Shown: positions 28,501 to 38,003, counted from the stretch's first letter. The stretch: 64,000 nt of DNA from a virus (IMGVR_UViG_3300030376_006003:1-64000), one strand, 5' to 3'. A program made the numbers and translations. Notes: generated by a model from the letters alone, not told the origin.

Positions 28501-31500
28501 TGGAGAATTTTCTCCTACTGTTATTACTCCTTCTAATCCTGGTATACCTCTTGATATATCTTTTAGATTCATCATAAAGTGACCTGCTGTGATATAACCA
28601 GACTTTAGTTTTTCAGTAAGATTCTGAATATCAACTTTTACATTCTCAGGCATATTGTGTTTAACCCATGTTGTAAATGTTTCTACATCTTCAATATCAT
28701 GACCATCAAAACTTCTTATTATTTTATTTGCTCTTGATTTAGCAGCTGCAAGTAATCCTTCTAAAGTTCTTAACTTAGGATCTACAGCCATAATGGACTT
28801 GTTTAATTCATGTACTTCTCTATGTGATAACTTAGCATTATCTGGGTTCTTTCTATTGTTATCTCTAATTTCTCTCTTTCTATCCTTAATTTTTTCTGTT
28901 AACTCTATTATTTCTCTAACTTCTTCTTGATTCTTTTGTTCTGATTCAGTGTTAGACTGAGTTACTGGTCTGGTTGATAGCTTAAGTCTAAGACCTTTAA
29001 GCACTTCAAGATTTTGTGAAGCAATTGTTTTTTCTAATTCTGTAAGCTCTTTTTCTGATAATTGTTTTTTAGCTATATCTTCTAAAATCTCTGGATCTAC
29101 ATTTTTCATTTCAGTTACAAATGCATCTCTCTTTTCAGCAGGACTCATGTTATCAGCTTCCTTTGGTCTTTTAAATTCTTCTGACTTAGCAACTCTTCTC
29201 CTTACTGCTTTTATAGATTCTGTAGAACTCAATGAGAAGTTAAAATCTTTCTTAACCTCCTTGTTAAGTGATGTAGACATCTTATTAATATGTTCTATTG
29301 TAGGATTTTTAGGAACAGAATGTTTGAAGTTTTCTAAGGTTATGTTAGCTTTTCCTTTAATTGGACTTTTCTTACCAAAAAGAGCTTTGTTAACTTCATC
29401 AATTACGTCTTGTACATCTTGCATTTCTTGAAAAGCTTCAGCTTTTATTACAGTATAACCTCTTTGAAGTTTAGCACCTTTTTTAAGATTTAAGTTTGAA
29501 TAGTCAACTCTAAAAGAACCGTTCTCAGAAAGTTTCATCTCTAGATAAACACCTTGTTCTGATGATATAAATAATCTATCTTGTAATTTGGCATTATAAG
29601 GTTTATTATAACCTAAAGTTTTTACTTTATTATCCTCTGTTATATTATTATCAGTAGTTTCAATAGATTTATTTTGAAGTTCTGTAAATAGATTTGTAAC
29701 CTCTGTCTCAGACATTGTAGCTGGCATAAGATTAATAAACGCAGATCTACCGTTAGGTAAAGTAACAAAAGCAACATACTTACCTAATCTTTCTTGAGGA
29801 GAAAATTTCTTTTCATATATCTTTACTTCTTCTTTTAGTTTTCTAAAAGAGGGTGAATTTGTTTTAATATTAGAGATAATACTATATTCTACTTTTCCAA
29901 CATCCTTGGAGTCATCGCCTTTATATTGTCTATTATAATCTAATATATAATAAGGCTCTTCACCAGGATTCCTCATATCTTCTTCTTTAACTCCACTTAG
30001 AGAATTAAATTCTAAGTCTTCAAAGAAAACTCCTTCTCCAGGTTCTGCAAGAGACATAGATCCTTCAGATATATTGAGTCTAATCTTTAGATCTTTTTGT
30101 GTAAAGTTCTTAGCTCCCTCTACATTTTTCATTGCTTTATCTATTGCTTCATATATACCAAAAGCTTCTGTGTAATTATCTCTTATCTCTTTAGTTTTGT
30201 CTTCAAGGTTTTCATTAGCATAAATCTTAAAAATATCCTGAACTTGTGATTCTGTTATTTCCATAGGATTTATAACATTACCCTTTCTATTTACCAGTCT
30301 TAATGTAGTTGGTCCTTGAAAAAATCCAATGGTCTCATTATTCAACTGTATTTCAACTTGCCATTTTTGACCATGTCTCTGAATTAGTTCATTTTCAATA
30401 GCATCTTCAGCTTCTTTAAAGCTTTTTTTGTTTTTTTCTTCCTCTGCACGGAACCAGTTTGGGCCTGGTGAAACTCTAAATGTTATATTATTAGCCTCCT
30501 CTTCTGTTAGATTTCTTAGAGTTTTTTGTAATCTTTCTACACCTTCTTGAATTTGCTCAGATCTATTTTTAATTGATCTATCATATACAGGAAATACTAC
30601 TAAAGGTTCATTTGGTTTTATCTTACTAGCTCTATTTTTATAATCTAGTTGCTCATCAGATATTTTATCTAACTTCATTGCTTTAAAAGCTTTCTCGTCA
30701 GCAAATATCTTATCTTTCTTAAGCCTACTATTTACTTTTTCTAATTTTTTAAGGTATATGTTTTTGTTTGTCTCAACCATTGTTGGTGTAGAAAACACCA
30801 TATATTTATTCCCGTCTGAATCAATAAGTATATCTCCTCTTTGGTAGTCCATTTCTGCAAAAGAAAAAGGTGTATTCTTATCAATGTTATTTCTTTTTTC
30901 TTTCTCAAGGTTTCTTTTAGCAGTTTCAGCTTCTTTTTTATTAAGATAGACTTTATCATCTATAGAGTCTCCGTTCTTATCTGTAACATTATATATTTGA
31001 ATGTTTTCTCCTGTATCCTTATCTCTTTGTTTTCTTACCTTAACTTTGTAGTTTGGTTTAGGTTTCTTTCCCATAGTGCCTTCTGACTCTACTTCAACAC
31101 TGAAATCTACAATATCATTCATTGTAATACCAACACTTCTTAGTATGTCAGAAATTCTAGGATCATTTCTCATTGTGGATAACCACTCATAGAATGTACC
31201 ATCAGATGATTTCAACAACTTCTCTTCTATGTATATTTCATCATGTATTCTATTGATTGCGCTTTCTGCTTTTCTTGCTTTAAGTGATATAGGGCTGTCT
31301 AACCATTCTGCATGATCTGTAAGAATCTTCTCTTTAGACTTTGAATCTTCTTTACTTAATAAATATTCTTTATGTTTTTTTACTAAGAATGCTGTACCGT
31401 AAGGGTTACCTGTGTATTTACCCAAAGAATCCTCTGATATAGATTCATTATTTTCATCTTTTTCAAAATGTGTATTTGCAAAGTTGTAAGGATCAGCTTC

Positions 31501-34500
31501 TTCTTCCTTTACATTCTCTTTCTTCTCTTCTGTTTTTTTCTCTTGAACTTTATTACCACTAAGGTTTAAATATGTACCTAGTATTTCATCTTTCTTTTGA
31601 TATAAGCTTATGTTTGAATCTGGTGATAGAGGTCCATCTTCTGTAAAGTATAAAGAAGGGGCATCTCCTCCTTTTAGAAAGGTTTCTACTTGATCTTCAA
31701 TAGGGTAGATTCCATGATTAGCTAACTGATTAAGGAAGTCAGTTTTTTCTTTTTGTTCTACATGAGCTTCCATTCTTTTCTTAACTCCAAGCTTATTTTC
31801 CATAAAAAGCTCTTTAAACTTTACAGCTATCTTGTTAGAAAGAGTTGAAAGATAATTAGGATCTGTCATGATTTGAATAGCTTTGTTATAATCTTCAGAT
31901 CTACCTTTAAGACTTTTATGATCTATAAGATCTATAATAGTACTCTTAATTTTATCATACTCTACAAATGATTCCTTGTTTTCACCAGAGACATGATTTA
32001 AAAAACCCATAACTGGTTTTTCTAACATATCTATATTATCTGAATTAAAAATACCAAAAGGATTAGCGGAGCCTGATTCATATGTCATTATAAGTTCAGA
32101 ATCTACATCTGTAATATCCTTTGAGCTTAATATAGTTTCTCTAACTTTCATGATAGATTCATCTACCATATCACCTTTAGTTCTGCTTTTAATATCATAC
32201 TTCTCTATATTATCAGGATCAGTAAGAGTTGCAAAATATTCTTGAAGGTTGGTTAGTCTTTCTTTCTTTTTATCATAAATAAGTTTATCTTCTCCAGATA
32301 AAGTAATCTTCTCTTCACCGGTTGGAGATTTCATATTCTTTAACTCAATCTTCAATAATCTTATTTCTGATATTAACTGTCGTGTATCAGCAAGAACTCC
32401 AATATCATTAGCTGCCATTTTACTAATAACAGGATTTTCAGAAAGTTCAGTATATATTTTATTAGATCTTTCTAATGCTCTTTCAAATGTGTTTCTTGTA
32501 AACAAAGCCAACATCTTAGCATGGTCAAATGCTTTTGCAGAAATCACTTCATCTAAATGTTCTTTAGTTCCTTTTTTATATTGAGCTGGAGAATAAGGAT
32601 TTATAATCTTATCATTAAGATCTTCATATGCTTTTTCAACATCATTCATTCTATTAAGCATACTTTGTAATCTATCTCTTGTTTTGCCTGATTTGATTTC
32701 TTCTGGAGTTGCTTGCTCAAATGCTTCAGCTAAACCTTGATCATCTAACTTAAGGTAGTCTTCCATCTGACCTTTAAACTCATGCATCTTTCCTGCATGT
32801 AATACTGTGTAAAGATGATGAAACTTACCTGCATCTTTTTTATCCATAAAAGACATAGCATCTTCTGCAAAAGATGAAGTAAAGAGTGACTCGTTTATTT
32901 CTTTTTGAGTTAGTGCATGAATTTTATTAGGGTTAAAATATTCTTCTGGATTCTCATAAACTTCATTTAATATATCAACAGTCTCTTTAATGTATGTTTC
33001 TTTATTCTTTTTATATTCTTCAAACTTTTTAGGATCTGCCATTCTTTGATATAGTTCAGGTCCTTTTTCAAATACCATTTTTTGTGGTCCTCTTACTAAA
33101 CCACCCATTAAAAATCCTGACATAAATACCTCAAAGCCCTCATGAGACATTTGAGATCTTGTTCCTGCTAATGTAGATGCCCAAGCAGCATCCATACCGG
33201 AAGCCATTGGATCTTGATATAAATTATAATAATAGTCTTTTGCTCCTACTGCTATACCTTCTTGTGTTATTTCTTGAAAACCTTCTACAAGATTAAATCT
33301 TCCGTAGTTTAAAGCTGCACCAGCAAAAGTTTTTAAATTACCACTAAAACCTTTATTAACAAATCTTCTAAACATTGTGCTACCACCATCATAAAAAGCT
33401 TTAGCTCCATCTTTTTTCATTTGGTTGGCAGAACTTTTTAGTATTCTGCTACCAATACCCTTTTTAGTAGCTGCTAACAAAGCACCTGTTCCTTTAAATC
33501 CTCTTAACATAGTATCAAATACAAATGCATTTGAAAAATATATTACAGGAAAGTTTAACATTATTGTTTTAAAAGCTGCCTGGTCTGCTGCATTAGATAT
33601 TTCAGTTAGCTCTTCTCCTATAGGGGCACGTCCATGCTTATCTACAAACTCTGCATAGAGCTGATCTACAAGATCATTTTTAACCATTCCTCCCTCTAGC
33701 TTAGATTCAGCCATAGCAAGATTGATCATTCTCAGATCTCTATAGAATGCGCCAAATGTTTTAGCTGTTTTTGCTGCTGCTGACAAAGACTTAGCTGTAC
33801 CTTGTACTGAGCGTATTGACTTAAGAGCCTTGTAAGTATTTGGTGTTAGAGCATTACCTGCCCATCTTCCACCTTTCATCCAAAAATCTTTAGCCCAATC
33901 TAGATTTTTCATGTTAGTAAGCATCTGTCTACTTTTTTCTGCATATGCTCCTACATCAAACATTTTATCTATAGCTTTTACACCTCTTTGAGCATTGTAT
34001 GCTGATCTACTTGCAACCAAAGGAGTGGCTCCTCCAAATGTTGCCGTATTAAGAAGACCTAATGCAAGTTCTTCTACTGCTATATTAGACATTATACCTA
34101 CAGTATATCCTGAGTTTAACATAAGATTGTTAAAGAATGCACCAGTACCTTCTTGTGTTGAATTACCAATTCTCATTGCATCAGCAAATGCTTCTGCTGA
34201 TTCTGTATCTGGTCTCATATAGTCACCACTCATAAGATCACCTATAGCATTATAAGTACTTAGAAAACCTGTTCTAAATATTTTACCATACTGAGTCCAC
34301 ATTCTAGCATTTTCATCCCACCATGTTGATTGTTCATTATAAGCTAACTCATTGTTAGCATATGGATGAAATCCTATTTGATTGAATTTTGGATGATTAT
34401 AGTATCTATCAAAGTTACTACCTTTTATACTAAATCTAATTGGTTGAGCTTCATTAGGTAAATTATTACCCAGCTTATACATTACATCATCTATAACAGA

Positions 34501-34800
34501 TCCAAAGGCTTCCTCTCTTGCGTCATCATCTCCGGGTTTTAATCTTGGTTCAGTGCTTACAGGAAACTTTGCTACCATATTATGTAATGCTGTAGCTCTA
34601 TCTAAACCCTCAATATCAAAATTACCAAGGGGTTCTGTTCCATCTACAAGTTCGTCTTTGATTAAATCCCAATCAGCTGCTGCATCTACAGGTGTTCCCT
34701 CCATTACATCTCTTGACATAATTTGAGAATGGGGGTTTTGTTGAATATTGTCTTCTGGCATAGACATTGATTCTGTCAGATTCTGGTTTTCTTCAGCCAT
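19594..34800 (-). CDS. Giant virion-packaged two-barrel RNA polymerase (crAss-like) with a zincin-like domain
   Basis: GIRIPSQDKHS (~23500-23529), catalytic GADFDIDKLY (DFDID at 23392-23406), DGQIYLT, AMTDNAK; HEAFH (28477-28491) with downstream EEHLADEF. Confidence 0.9.
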   Translation of the reverse strand: MAEENQNLTESMSMPEDNIQQNPHSQIMSRDVMEGTPVDAAADWDLIKDELVDGTEPLGNFDIEGLDRATALHNMVAKFPVSTEPRLKPGDDDAREEAFGSVIDDVMYKLGNNLPNEAQPIRFSIKGSNFDRYYNHPKFNQIGFHPYANNELAYNEQSTWWDENARMWTQYGKIFRTGFLSTYNAIGDLMSGDYMRPDTESAEAFADAMRIGNSTQEGTGAFFNNLMLNSGYTVGIMSNIAVEELALGLLNTATFGGATPLVASRSAYNAQRGVKAIDKMFDVGAYAEKSRQMLTNMKNLDWAKDFWMKGGRWAGNALTPNTYKALKSIRSVQGTAKSLSAAAKTAKTFGAFYRDLRMINLAMAESKLEGGMVKNDLVDQLYAEFVDKHGRAPIGEELTEISNAADQAAFKTIMLNFPVIYFSNAFVFDTMLRGFKGTGALLAATKKGIGSRILKSSANQMKKDGAKAFYDGGSTMFRRFVNKGFSGNLKTFAGAALNYGRFNLVEGFQEITQEGIAVGAKDYYYNLYQDPMASGMDAAWASTLAGTRSQMSHEGFEVFMSGFLMGGLVRGPQKMVFEKGPELYQRMADPKKFEEYKKNKETYIKETVDILNEVYENPEEYFNPNKIHALTQKEINESLFTSSFAEDAMSFMDKKDAGKFHHLYTVLHAGKMHEFKGQMEDYLKLDDQGLAEAFEQATPEEIKSGKTRDRLQSMLNRMNDVEKAYEDLNDKIINPYSPAQYKKGTKEHLDEVISAKAFDHAKMLALFTRNTFERALERSNKIYTELSENPVISKMAANDIGVLADTRQLISEIRLLKIELKNMKSPTGEEKITLSGEDKLIYDKKKERLTNLQEYFATLTDPDNIEKYDIKSRTKGDMVDESIMKVRETILSSKDITDVDSELIMTYESGSANPFGIFNSDNIDMLEKPVMGFLNHVSGENKESFVEYDKIKSTIIDLIDHKSLKGRSEDYNKAIQIMTDPNYLSTLSNKIAVKFKELFMENKLGVKKRMEAHVEQKEKTDFLNQLANHGIYPIEDQVETFLKGGDAPSLYFTEDGPLSPDSNISLYQKKDEILGTYLNLSGNKVQEKKTEEKKENVKEEEADPYNFANTHFEKDENNESISEDSLGKYTGNPYGTAFLVKKHKEYLLSKEDSKSKEKILTDHAEWLDSPISLKARKAESAINRIHDEIYIEEKLLKSSDGTFYEWLSTMRNDPRISDILRSVGITMNDIVDFSVEVESEGTMGKKPKPNYKVKVRKQRDKDTGENIQIYNVTDKNGDSIDDKVYLNKKEAETAKRNLEKEKRNNIDKNTPFSFAEMDYQRGDILIDSDGNKYMVFSTPTMVETNKNIYLKKLEKVNSRLKKDKIFADEKAFKAMKLDKISDEQLDYKNRASKIKPNEPLVVFPVYDRSIKNRSEQIQEGVERLQKTLRNLTEEEANNITFRVSPGPNWFRAEEEKNKKSFKEAEDAIENELIQRHGQKWQVEIQLNNETIGFFQGPTTLRLVNRKGNVINPMEITESQVQDIFKIYANENLEDKTKEIRDNYTEAFGIYEAIDKAMKNVEGAKNFTQKDLKIRLNISEGSMSLAEPGEGVFFEDLEFNSLSGVKEEDMRNPGEEPYYILDYNRQYKGDDSKDVGKVEYSIISNIKTNSPSFRKLKEEVKIYEKKFSPQERLGKYVAFVTLPNGRSAFINLMPATMSETEVTNLFTELQNKSIETTDNNITEDNKVKTLGYNKPYNAKLQDRLFISSEQGVYLEMKLSENGSFRVDYSNLNLKKGAKLQRGYTVIKAEAFQEMQDVQDVIDEVNKALFGKKSPIKGKANITLENFKHSVPKNPTIEHINKMSTSLNKEVKKDFNFSLSSTESIKAVRRRVAKSEEFKRPKEADNMSPAEKRDAFVTEMKNVDPEILEDIAKKQLSEKELTELEKTIASQNLEVLKGLRLKLSTRPVTQSNTESEQKNQEEVREIIELTEKIKDRKREIRDNNRKNPDNAKLSHREVHELNKSIMAVDPKLRTLEGLLAAAKSRANKIIRSFDGHDIEDVETFTTWVKHNMPENVKVDIQNLTEKLKSGYITAGHFMMNLKDISRGIPGLEGVITVGENSPFKYHEAFHAVFRMFLTDAEIKKYLKLAEKEVRSKLRAEGKTLDQAIKEMRRQHLMYAEMSDKELKDRLYEEHLADEFEKFKMNPRNSKTDSENKSMFTRLIDFILEVLRNFSTRKLNRLFEGIDSGKYKNASIKENRFTRNFEGDVAYKLELYDPKFIQRTSVGGASKVKQVKNYIPSDQTHEIVSGIANLYSRRADDAKGPIDRNLLLEDTIADWIEMYNPERDFYIDQGLWFDDNVDELTLLYESLLEQVNDIKDLVNRNLIEFSTVPISEDADYAEQDEKSVGDYDKTADMFGGYSSLPKRIRHLIATTTIEEKDRYNNKYVNLETGEPIIVSVDPNNVYNGLLKVLANTPNDLEMFKKAWMFSKHNKHTKAVVDKLFRDIGIYEFATSGEMFKPGSSIPSQVGNSSLYLSFIKGFRKYRVDNIFAHTDTDTGITHLYAANKKDDAHVTVQQWAEDFNRRYSRLKIQGSPESEEVKDTLTELKSILQYTTIPENYDLLKEVRDITEVLRTVAGMNIHENYILYSVYENLANLTEEQEALYNSYRGVEPIEVEAISYIRQSLASGENLYLDNQTVFEAEEGSEVKYEKGGVKGRLKKLALNNSRFDETVGASTFIDAEGNRRYAHQDPTFHLEKIAEMDNAEYISEKMKEDVFFERNMLLRDPKFKSMVEAGQVRALRIVGSKEEALMLGDQGLTTQRGRSIKGKGVSFGKSTPREFALDLIHSYVYNYNRVSPKNTEVGNPGTKLEFAFAPLNIRVIEAANTGDFVSLPIHKMMNKSKEGMELSSKALDMFTNEIRIEFDRARRYYTQEKEGVENPYDNKERLGKLNTTYTLLSKLESRKRNIQARLPKIGKDQRAAITEGKQKVYISNSTDAIYSNLSQGENATVEIDGEFFLMTNRGVKNWNDLTDEEKVQLREDYYPSITTIKHEDKKQYPLEIDGTVYNTYSYDTMRFFRGYKDMVVFDFVRVEEAEDVENKLVESEETGEITVEQVDVDLTVVEILEKAAKIGREGVEEKDLFDTVFNEVEGRKIIEQRLTDEVNEFILTLKEIKAYNKVSKEISSGLGEYKKVKGGKDTAYDSSDSEYFMELYNLKPDNLDFNLAQIYLNNYINTKSFNQLLLGDQALSLKNFIDAVKRAKMQNGAGQSAATEIFDESKGVMHKVDKMKAVVHEDFEYTQQFNEIYNRDKARKKELADLTDGQIYLTEKALRYMLFGFGKLNKSQSEVLDLIKEGDIIKINREFFGTNNKLSYKNLDMIANSLKIVYGDGLTFLKMSGITLTKNLTSVKNENGEWIAREGREGLHNMRVKLEKMEEDAWANGEGVLGMSVPKSASKMMNKNIMPDNLDMINEKPINTKHTMDLSADYMRLQMINPSNKTVIVDARQIKNLITGEQDPKATVIFNGEEVPVGDLVRQYHKLAGDKLLNNFFAQRNLTFNWSDAISTLDRVMDINRFVPNNKVKKLDGDLRAFVKYAIAGLESSQAKTQMLSYFQVDELGNPQYNLNNNMTHEKFEELFLAYFSKGILAAKQPGISAALVSDAHMGVIKQVVQVDETGTPTEWKVIRSDDWENLKRRRPSKYQALKTDNGGMLYENLEDHTLKVGDFFMDRLRSNVMEYKDGKATGQRYTEFMMPPHFRSMLQNSVAWNQPLPDAIAKMFGIRIPSQDKHSAVNLKLVDYLPVYYGSSAMYARELIELSGADFDIDKLYMHIKDFFYDGKDFVEYGKTKDNKEAYKHYVRWVVENASKSSAIRQALDRWTTGSRTVTPVEYTAQDYAAMSAEEQKAYRKQLSAGSYKIMKEVLDAIMYGPSLNDSMLETLYNRAEGLPEALESLGLPVTYEEYLEFKNTNKREPYQSAIDNNLLDIKYALLGNAGITDPRKGRHVGLYFEPAVTTPLSDPKGKEQGLEGGVYEWLMDELGEVLKTLGENSTDVDSMLGQIEAWTNNKAGARSIGNVVLPNVVSSILTEYKIELRGKVHPEMNGITYNTFEHDYEINHSTKKSDPELHRKQFIISALITAMTDNAKLRLASKLGLNKQALANVVTMLGMGVDLKTAVLLLNFPTIKEALFHGENKEGMFDPGYKTLLERRQKAIQERLNKEKSITEVELNIQNLITGIETIQLNREEAYTVAGIETLEVDQLSLENQVIEQFLRFNKITEATSHASTLLNLQKGLGKDLIELDSKQEAAEQLGLLATEKEFKDSIIPVDLRGIFLKKGTMHNAHYEVFREFYDNLTPRVFLKRTPKFLELKNKVIANLGRPDIKQINRDLVNYLTLKAYMVNLSKNPYGHNSLESLSNSLIYDGSIYSNMDAEALTISKVVDRVKDRLAEENKSNYFINNFTRIIRAEHEDNKSGMIKLEANSWSQPSDSTLVRVQNSILELLNLDKGDGTMWDDVQHIVHYAAVMSGMSFASGSFINVIPTALTKDLLNSVDKVHNLFLDQTDREGAFKGVFDISFDEMVDDFIKGYLKSKGNSFALKSVAPRNVDVIEVQDVEDIENIGEGAESITVDFNLPESVTNSKMLSNIAYRPFKYTFNNEIYEFGSVMHAYQTLKAGTFNKKIDAQYKEGDVTQGLKNAEGKMITNNQKRKKGSMDPNYLLEKLVEESILQNLSLENASSTLLPQVLIHAKTFRFPANDAVSKATKKGLLNARKNLRYVVQSETDKQDPFASRKFQDIRNINKSLTKNKTINQRSPLFINEEEKTLTIDIFRGLPFEYSKRIKRVRFMKKLADKSKNLKNKEKRDFLIEKLKKAGLGVKWIQVKLDDTKSLVPQIKFPAVLRVGKKYYMLETVSRDGAYKKDGDLNNIIPSDSNIAFGNEAKYTEIDLEGSSSQTLIGFMFGNRPTSNEIVEFGNDKRKSFGDDINIKADDEQGVSDLEKFFGEEVEAGNQDEVETEQADLNLDIENKEDNLELSDEEILTDWYDNELSGDQQAKLAMNEDLAIISAKDVVSLLSKGKNTTADDVMKLLKKCYI

Positions 34801-34808
34801 ATTATTTG

Positions 34809-37800
34809 TTATTGAGAATTATCACTCTTATCTTCAGTCTGCTCTGCTTTATGAGCATTAGCTGCATCAGTATTAGTTTTTATGTTTGCCCTTAGTCTTC
34901 TATCATATTCATTATATATTTCATCAATAGCAAGTCCTGATGGTGGTAATATTTTTGGTTCTGAGTATGGGCCTTTTACTAAAGATCCTCCATTAACATT
35001 CTTATCATAGTATATTTTAGATTCTTTAACCATCATCTGACCGTTGCTATCTTTAAAAAATATTACTCTTCCTCCTTCATTATCAATAGTTCTTACTTTA
35101 TTGAGATTAATAAAGAATTCTGTTTCTGATACATAAGTATTTTGTACACTATTAGGGTTTTGTGATGCCAGGTCTCTAGGTGCAAAAATTGTTATAGCAT
35201 TACCCGGTAGAGCACTAGCTGGAACAAGCTTGTTGTTTTTAGTGTCGCTTGATGATTTTTTTGTAGAAGCATAATCACTATTTAAAGTGATAACCCAACC
35301 TCCATGTTTACCTCCTCCTTCTTCACCACCTATAACTTCAGCCCATCTTATGTTTATATTTGGTTCTTTACCTTTACCGAATGACTTAGGGTCTCTCTTA
35401 AGATCTTTAAATATTTCTTTTAGTACAATCATAGCATCTGGATTAGTTACTGCATCATATGAAGCAGATGCATCACCAGCAACTACTGAATAGTTCATTG
35501 AAGGAGTTGTTAATAATTGATTAATTAAAGCTAATTGAGCATTGGCTTTTTCATTTACTTGACCAGTTATATAGTCTGAATCATAAAAATTAAACAATGT
35601 TCCTCCTGCTCCTGTTTGTTGTTGATTTGTTATATAAGATGCAAAGTTAAAGTTCAGTGTACCAGCTGGTGCATTTGCTCCTCCCATCACTTTATTCATC
35701 TTATCTTTTACTTTTACAAATACAGATTGAGCATCATCTTTACCTATAAATTCATCATAGATGTTTTTAAAATGTCTTTTAGCTACAAAGTTAATATCAG
35801 ATTGTCTCCCTGTTTTATCTCCTGGTGCATTGGCAAGCCTATGATCTCCATAAGTACCATTCCAAGGATATATTGCATCAAATAATGCGTCTACATCTTG
35901 AAACCCAAAATTATCAGCTATTTCTTGATATTTATTTTTAACATCATTACCTGCTTGTTCTTTATAAAAAGGTAAGTCATTCATTGCTTCAGTATACCAA
36001 TTTACAAAATCAGTATTCATTTTACCTACTATTGCATCAGGATCTTGAATTACACCTCTAGTGTTAAATAAAGGATATGCTTCCATCATTTTATATTCAA
36101 CAGTATTTATATCTCCTTTAGAAAGCAAGAGATCCACCACATTCCTATATACATCTCTTTGTTTTTCCCAACCTGCTAATAACTTAACAGATTCACCATC
36201 TATCTTTCTTTTATTATTATGTAAAATTTCATAAAGAGCAGGGTTATCTTTTTGTAGACTAGGTCCAGTATCTATACCTTGATAGATAGCATCTACTTTA
36301 TCAAACTGAGCTTTTAATTCTAGTTTATTTTCAGGATTTGTATAATATTCTTTTGCTTCCGCCCATGTCATAAACTCTCCATTAACTTTCATTCCCTCTG
36401 TAGAGTATGTATTATCATCATCACTTAGATCTTGAGCTTTCACCTGATAATATCTTTCAATAGAGTTCCATCTCAAATCTCTTATCTCATTTATTTTATT
36501 GTTTGATGTTGTTGCATTTTCAGCTATAATATCTATTATTTCATCATCATCTGGATAAGAACCTGAAGTTGAATTTGCATCTCCTGCCACTACCTGTTGA
36601 GATCCACCAGCTCCTCCAAATATTTGCTGTTGGTTAGTGTTAGAAGGATTTCCGCCAGTTTCTGCCCAAGGCATTGGTATCAACTGACCATCTTCACCAA
36701 TCATGTAACCTTTCTCAAATGCTGTTTGTATTCTTTTATTAGCAGCTTCTTGCTCTTCCATTCTCTGGTTTAGTATATGCTGATGATTTTGTAATGCAAA
36801 CTTATCAGCTTCAATAGTTCTTTCTGAATTTATGTCTGCATAAAACTTAGCTGCTTCTCTTGTGTCTGCATCAATATTATATTGCATAAAAGCATTTGTA
36901 GCTTTCATACGTAGATCATTAAGATCACCTTTTGATTCTGCTGTAATTACACTATGTTTCTTATCAAAAAGTTTTCTACCATTTGCTAGAGCAATATATT
37001 CATTGTATGCTTGTGCATATTTTTTATGTTCTTCTGATCCTAACACAGGTGTGCCGTGTTTTGCTTTATATGCTTCCCAATTATTTTTTGCTTCTAGTGC
37101 TGATGTTAACTCAGCTTCTTTTTTATCATTTTCTTCACTGTGTTTTACATTATAGTCTGACAACATCTGCTCATAGAATACTCTTTCAGCTGCATCCTTA
37201 CCTCCATACTTTTCTGCATTTTCTTCATAAAACTGCCTAGCTTTAACATAAAACTTAGTTTGATAAAATCTTTGAACTCTAGGATCATCTAGTGTAGTTT
37301 GTAATATGTATTCTTGTGCAGGATTTGTGTAGATGATATTATCATCTTTATCTTTACCCACAGCTCTTCTAGTTAATAAAGTACCATTTCTTTGTGTTAT
37401 CTGATAATGCCCATCTTTAGACATTGATACATCAGTAACATCCATACCTAAATCTTTTAATTTTGCAATACCAATTTCAACAAGATTTACATGTTCTACA
37501 GCTTCTGGTAATTGTACTTGCATTGATCCTTCTCTAGTTGCATTTTGAAAATCTGCCATGCTATAGTTAAGAGCTTGTACACCACCGTCCCAATATTTTT
37601 TTCTAGTTTCTTCATCTTCACTACCCTTCCAACCTTGAAACCTTTGTTGTTCTGTTTTAAATCTTTTAGTAAATACAATATCTCTAACTATTTTTTCATC
37701 TTCAAAGAATGGTGTAAATAATGCCTTTGCAGAATCTACATTTTGTGCTAATGAAAAATCTACACCAGATATTTGCTGCAGTTTTGGAGCAAGTTCTTGA

Positions 37801-38003
37801 GCATATACATCTCTGATGTTCATATTATCTTCTCTGCTTAAATCTGCATGGACAACACTACCATATAGATTATTCATCTTCTTATAGTTAGTATCATATC
37901 TATCTTGCCTTTTTGCTAAGGCATCAGATAAAAACTTAAAGTCAGGAGTAAAGGACTCTGTCTTTGATACATATTTATTTACATTTGGTAGGTACGTTGC
38001 CAT
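34809..38003 (-). CDS. Putative ejection/cargo protein (1064 aa, Cys-free)
   Basis: Helical composition, no Cys found on manual scan, immediately upstream of the vRNAP. Confidence 0.65.
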   Translation of the reverse strand: MATYLPNVNKYVSKTESFTPDFKFLSDALAKRQDRYDTNYKKMNNLYGSVVHADLSREDNMNIRDVYAQELAPKLQQISGVDFSLAQNVDSAKALFTPFFEDEKIVRDIVFTKRFKTEQQRFQGWKGSEDEETRKKYWDGGVQALNYSMADFQNATREGSMQVQLPEAVEHVNLVEIGIAKLKDLGMDVTDVSMSKDGHYQITQRNGTLLTRRAVGKDKDDNIIYTNPAQEYILQTTLDDPRVQRFYQTKFYVKARQFYEENAEKYGGKDAAERVFYEQMLSDYNVKHSEENDKKEAELTSALEAKNNWEAYKAKHGTPVLGSEEHKKYAQAYNEYIALANGRKLFDKKHSVITAESKGDLNDLRMKATNAFMQYNIDADTREAAKFYADINSERTIEADKFALQNHQHILNQRMEEQEAANKRIQTAFEKGYMIGEDGQLIPMPWAETGGNPSNTNQQQIFGGAGGSQQVVAGDANSTSGSYPDDDEIIDIIAENATTSNNKINEIRDLRWNSIERYYQVKAQDLSDDDNTYSTEGMKVNGEFMTWAEAKEYYTNPENKLELKAQFDKVDAIYQGIDTGPSLQKDNPALYEILHNNKRKIDGESVKLLAGWEKQRDVYRNVVDLLLSKGDINTVEYKMMEAYPLFNTRGVIQDPDAIVGKMNTDFVNWYTEAMNDLPFYKEQAGNDVKNKYQEIADNFGFQDVDALFDAIYPWNGTYGDHRLANAPGDKTGRQSDINFVAKRHFKNIYDEFIGKDDAQSVFVKVKDKMNKVMGGANAPAGTLNFNFASYITNQQQTGAGGTLFNFYDSDYITGQVNEKANAQLALINQLLTTPSMNYSVVAGDASASYDAVTNPDAMIVLKEIFKDLKRDPKSFGKGKEPNINIRWAEVIGGEEGGGKHGGWVITLNSDYASTKKSSSDTKNNKLVPASALPGNAITIFAPRDLASQNPNSVQNTYVSETEFFINLNKVRTIDNEGGRVIFFKDSNGQMMVKESKIYYDKNVNGGSLVKGPYSEPKILPPSGLAIDEIYNEYDRRLRANIKTNTDAANAHKAEQTEDKSDNSQ

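Noticed and set aside
11880-34800. Introns, inteins or homing endonucleases in nrdJ or the RNAP
   Set aside because: Both ORFs are uninterrupted, nrdJ has normal length, and no intein termini or LAGLIDADG/HNH motifs were seen.
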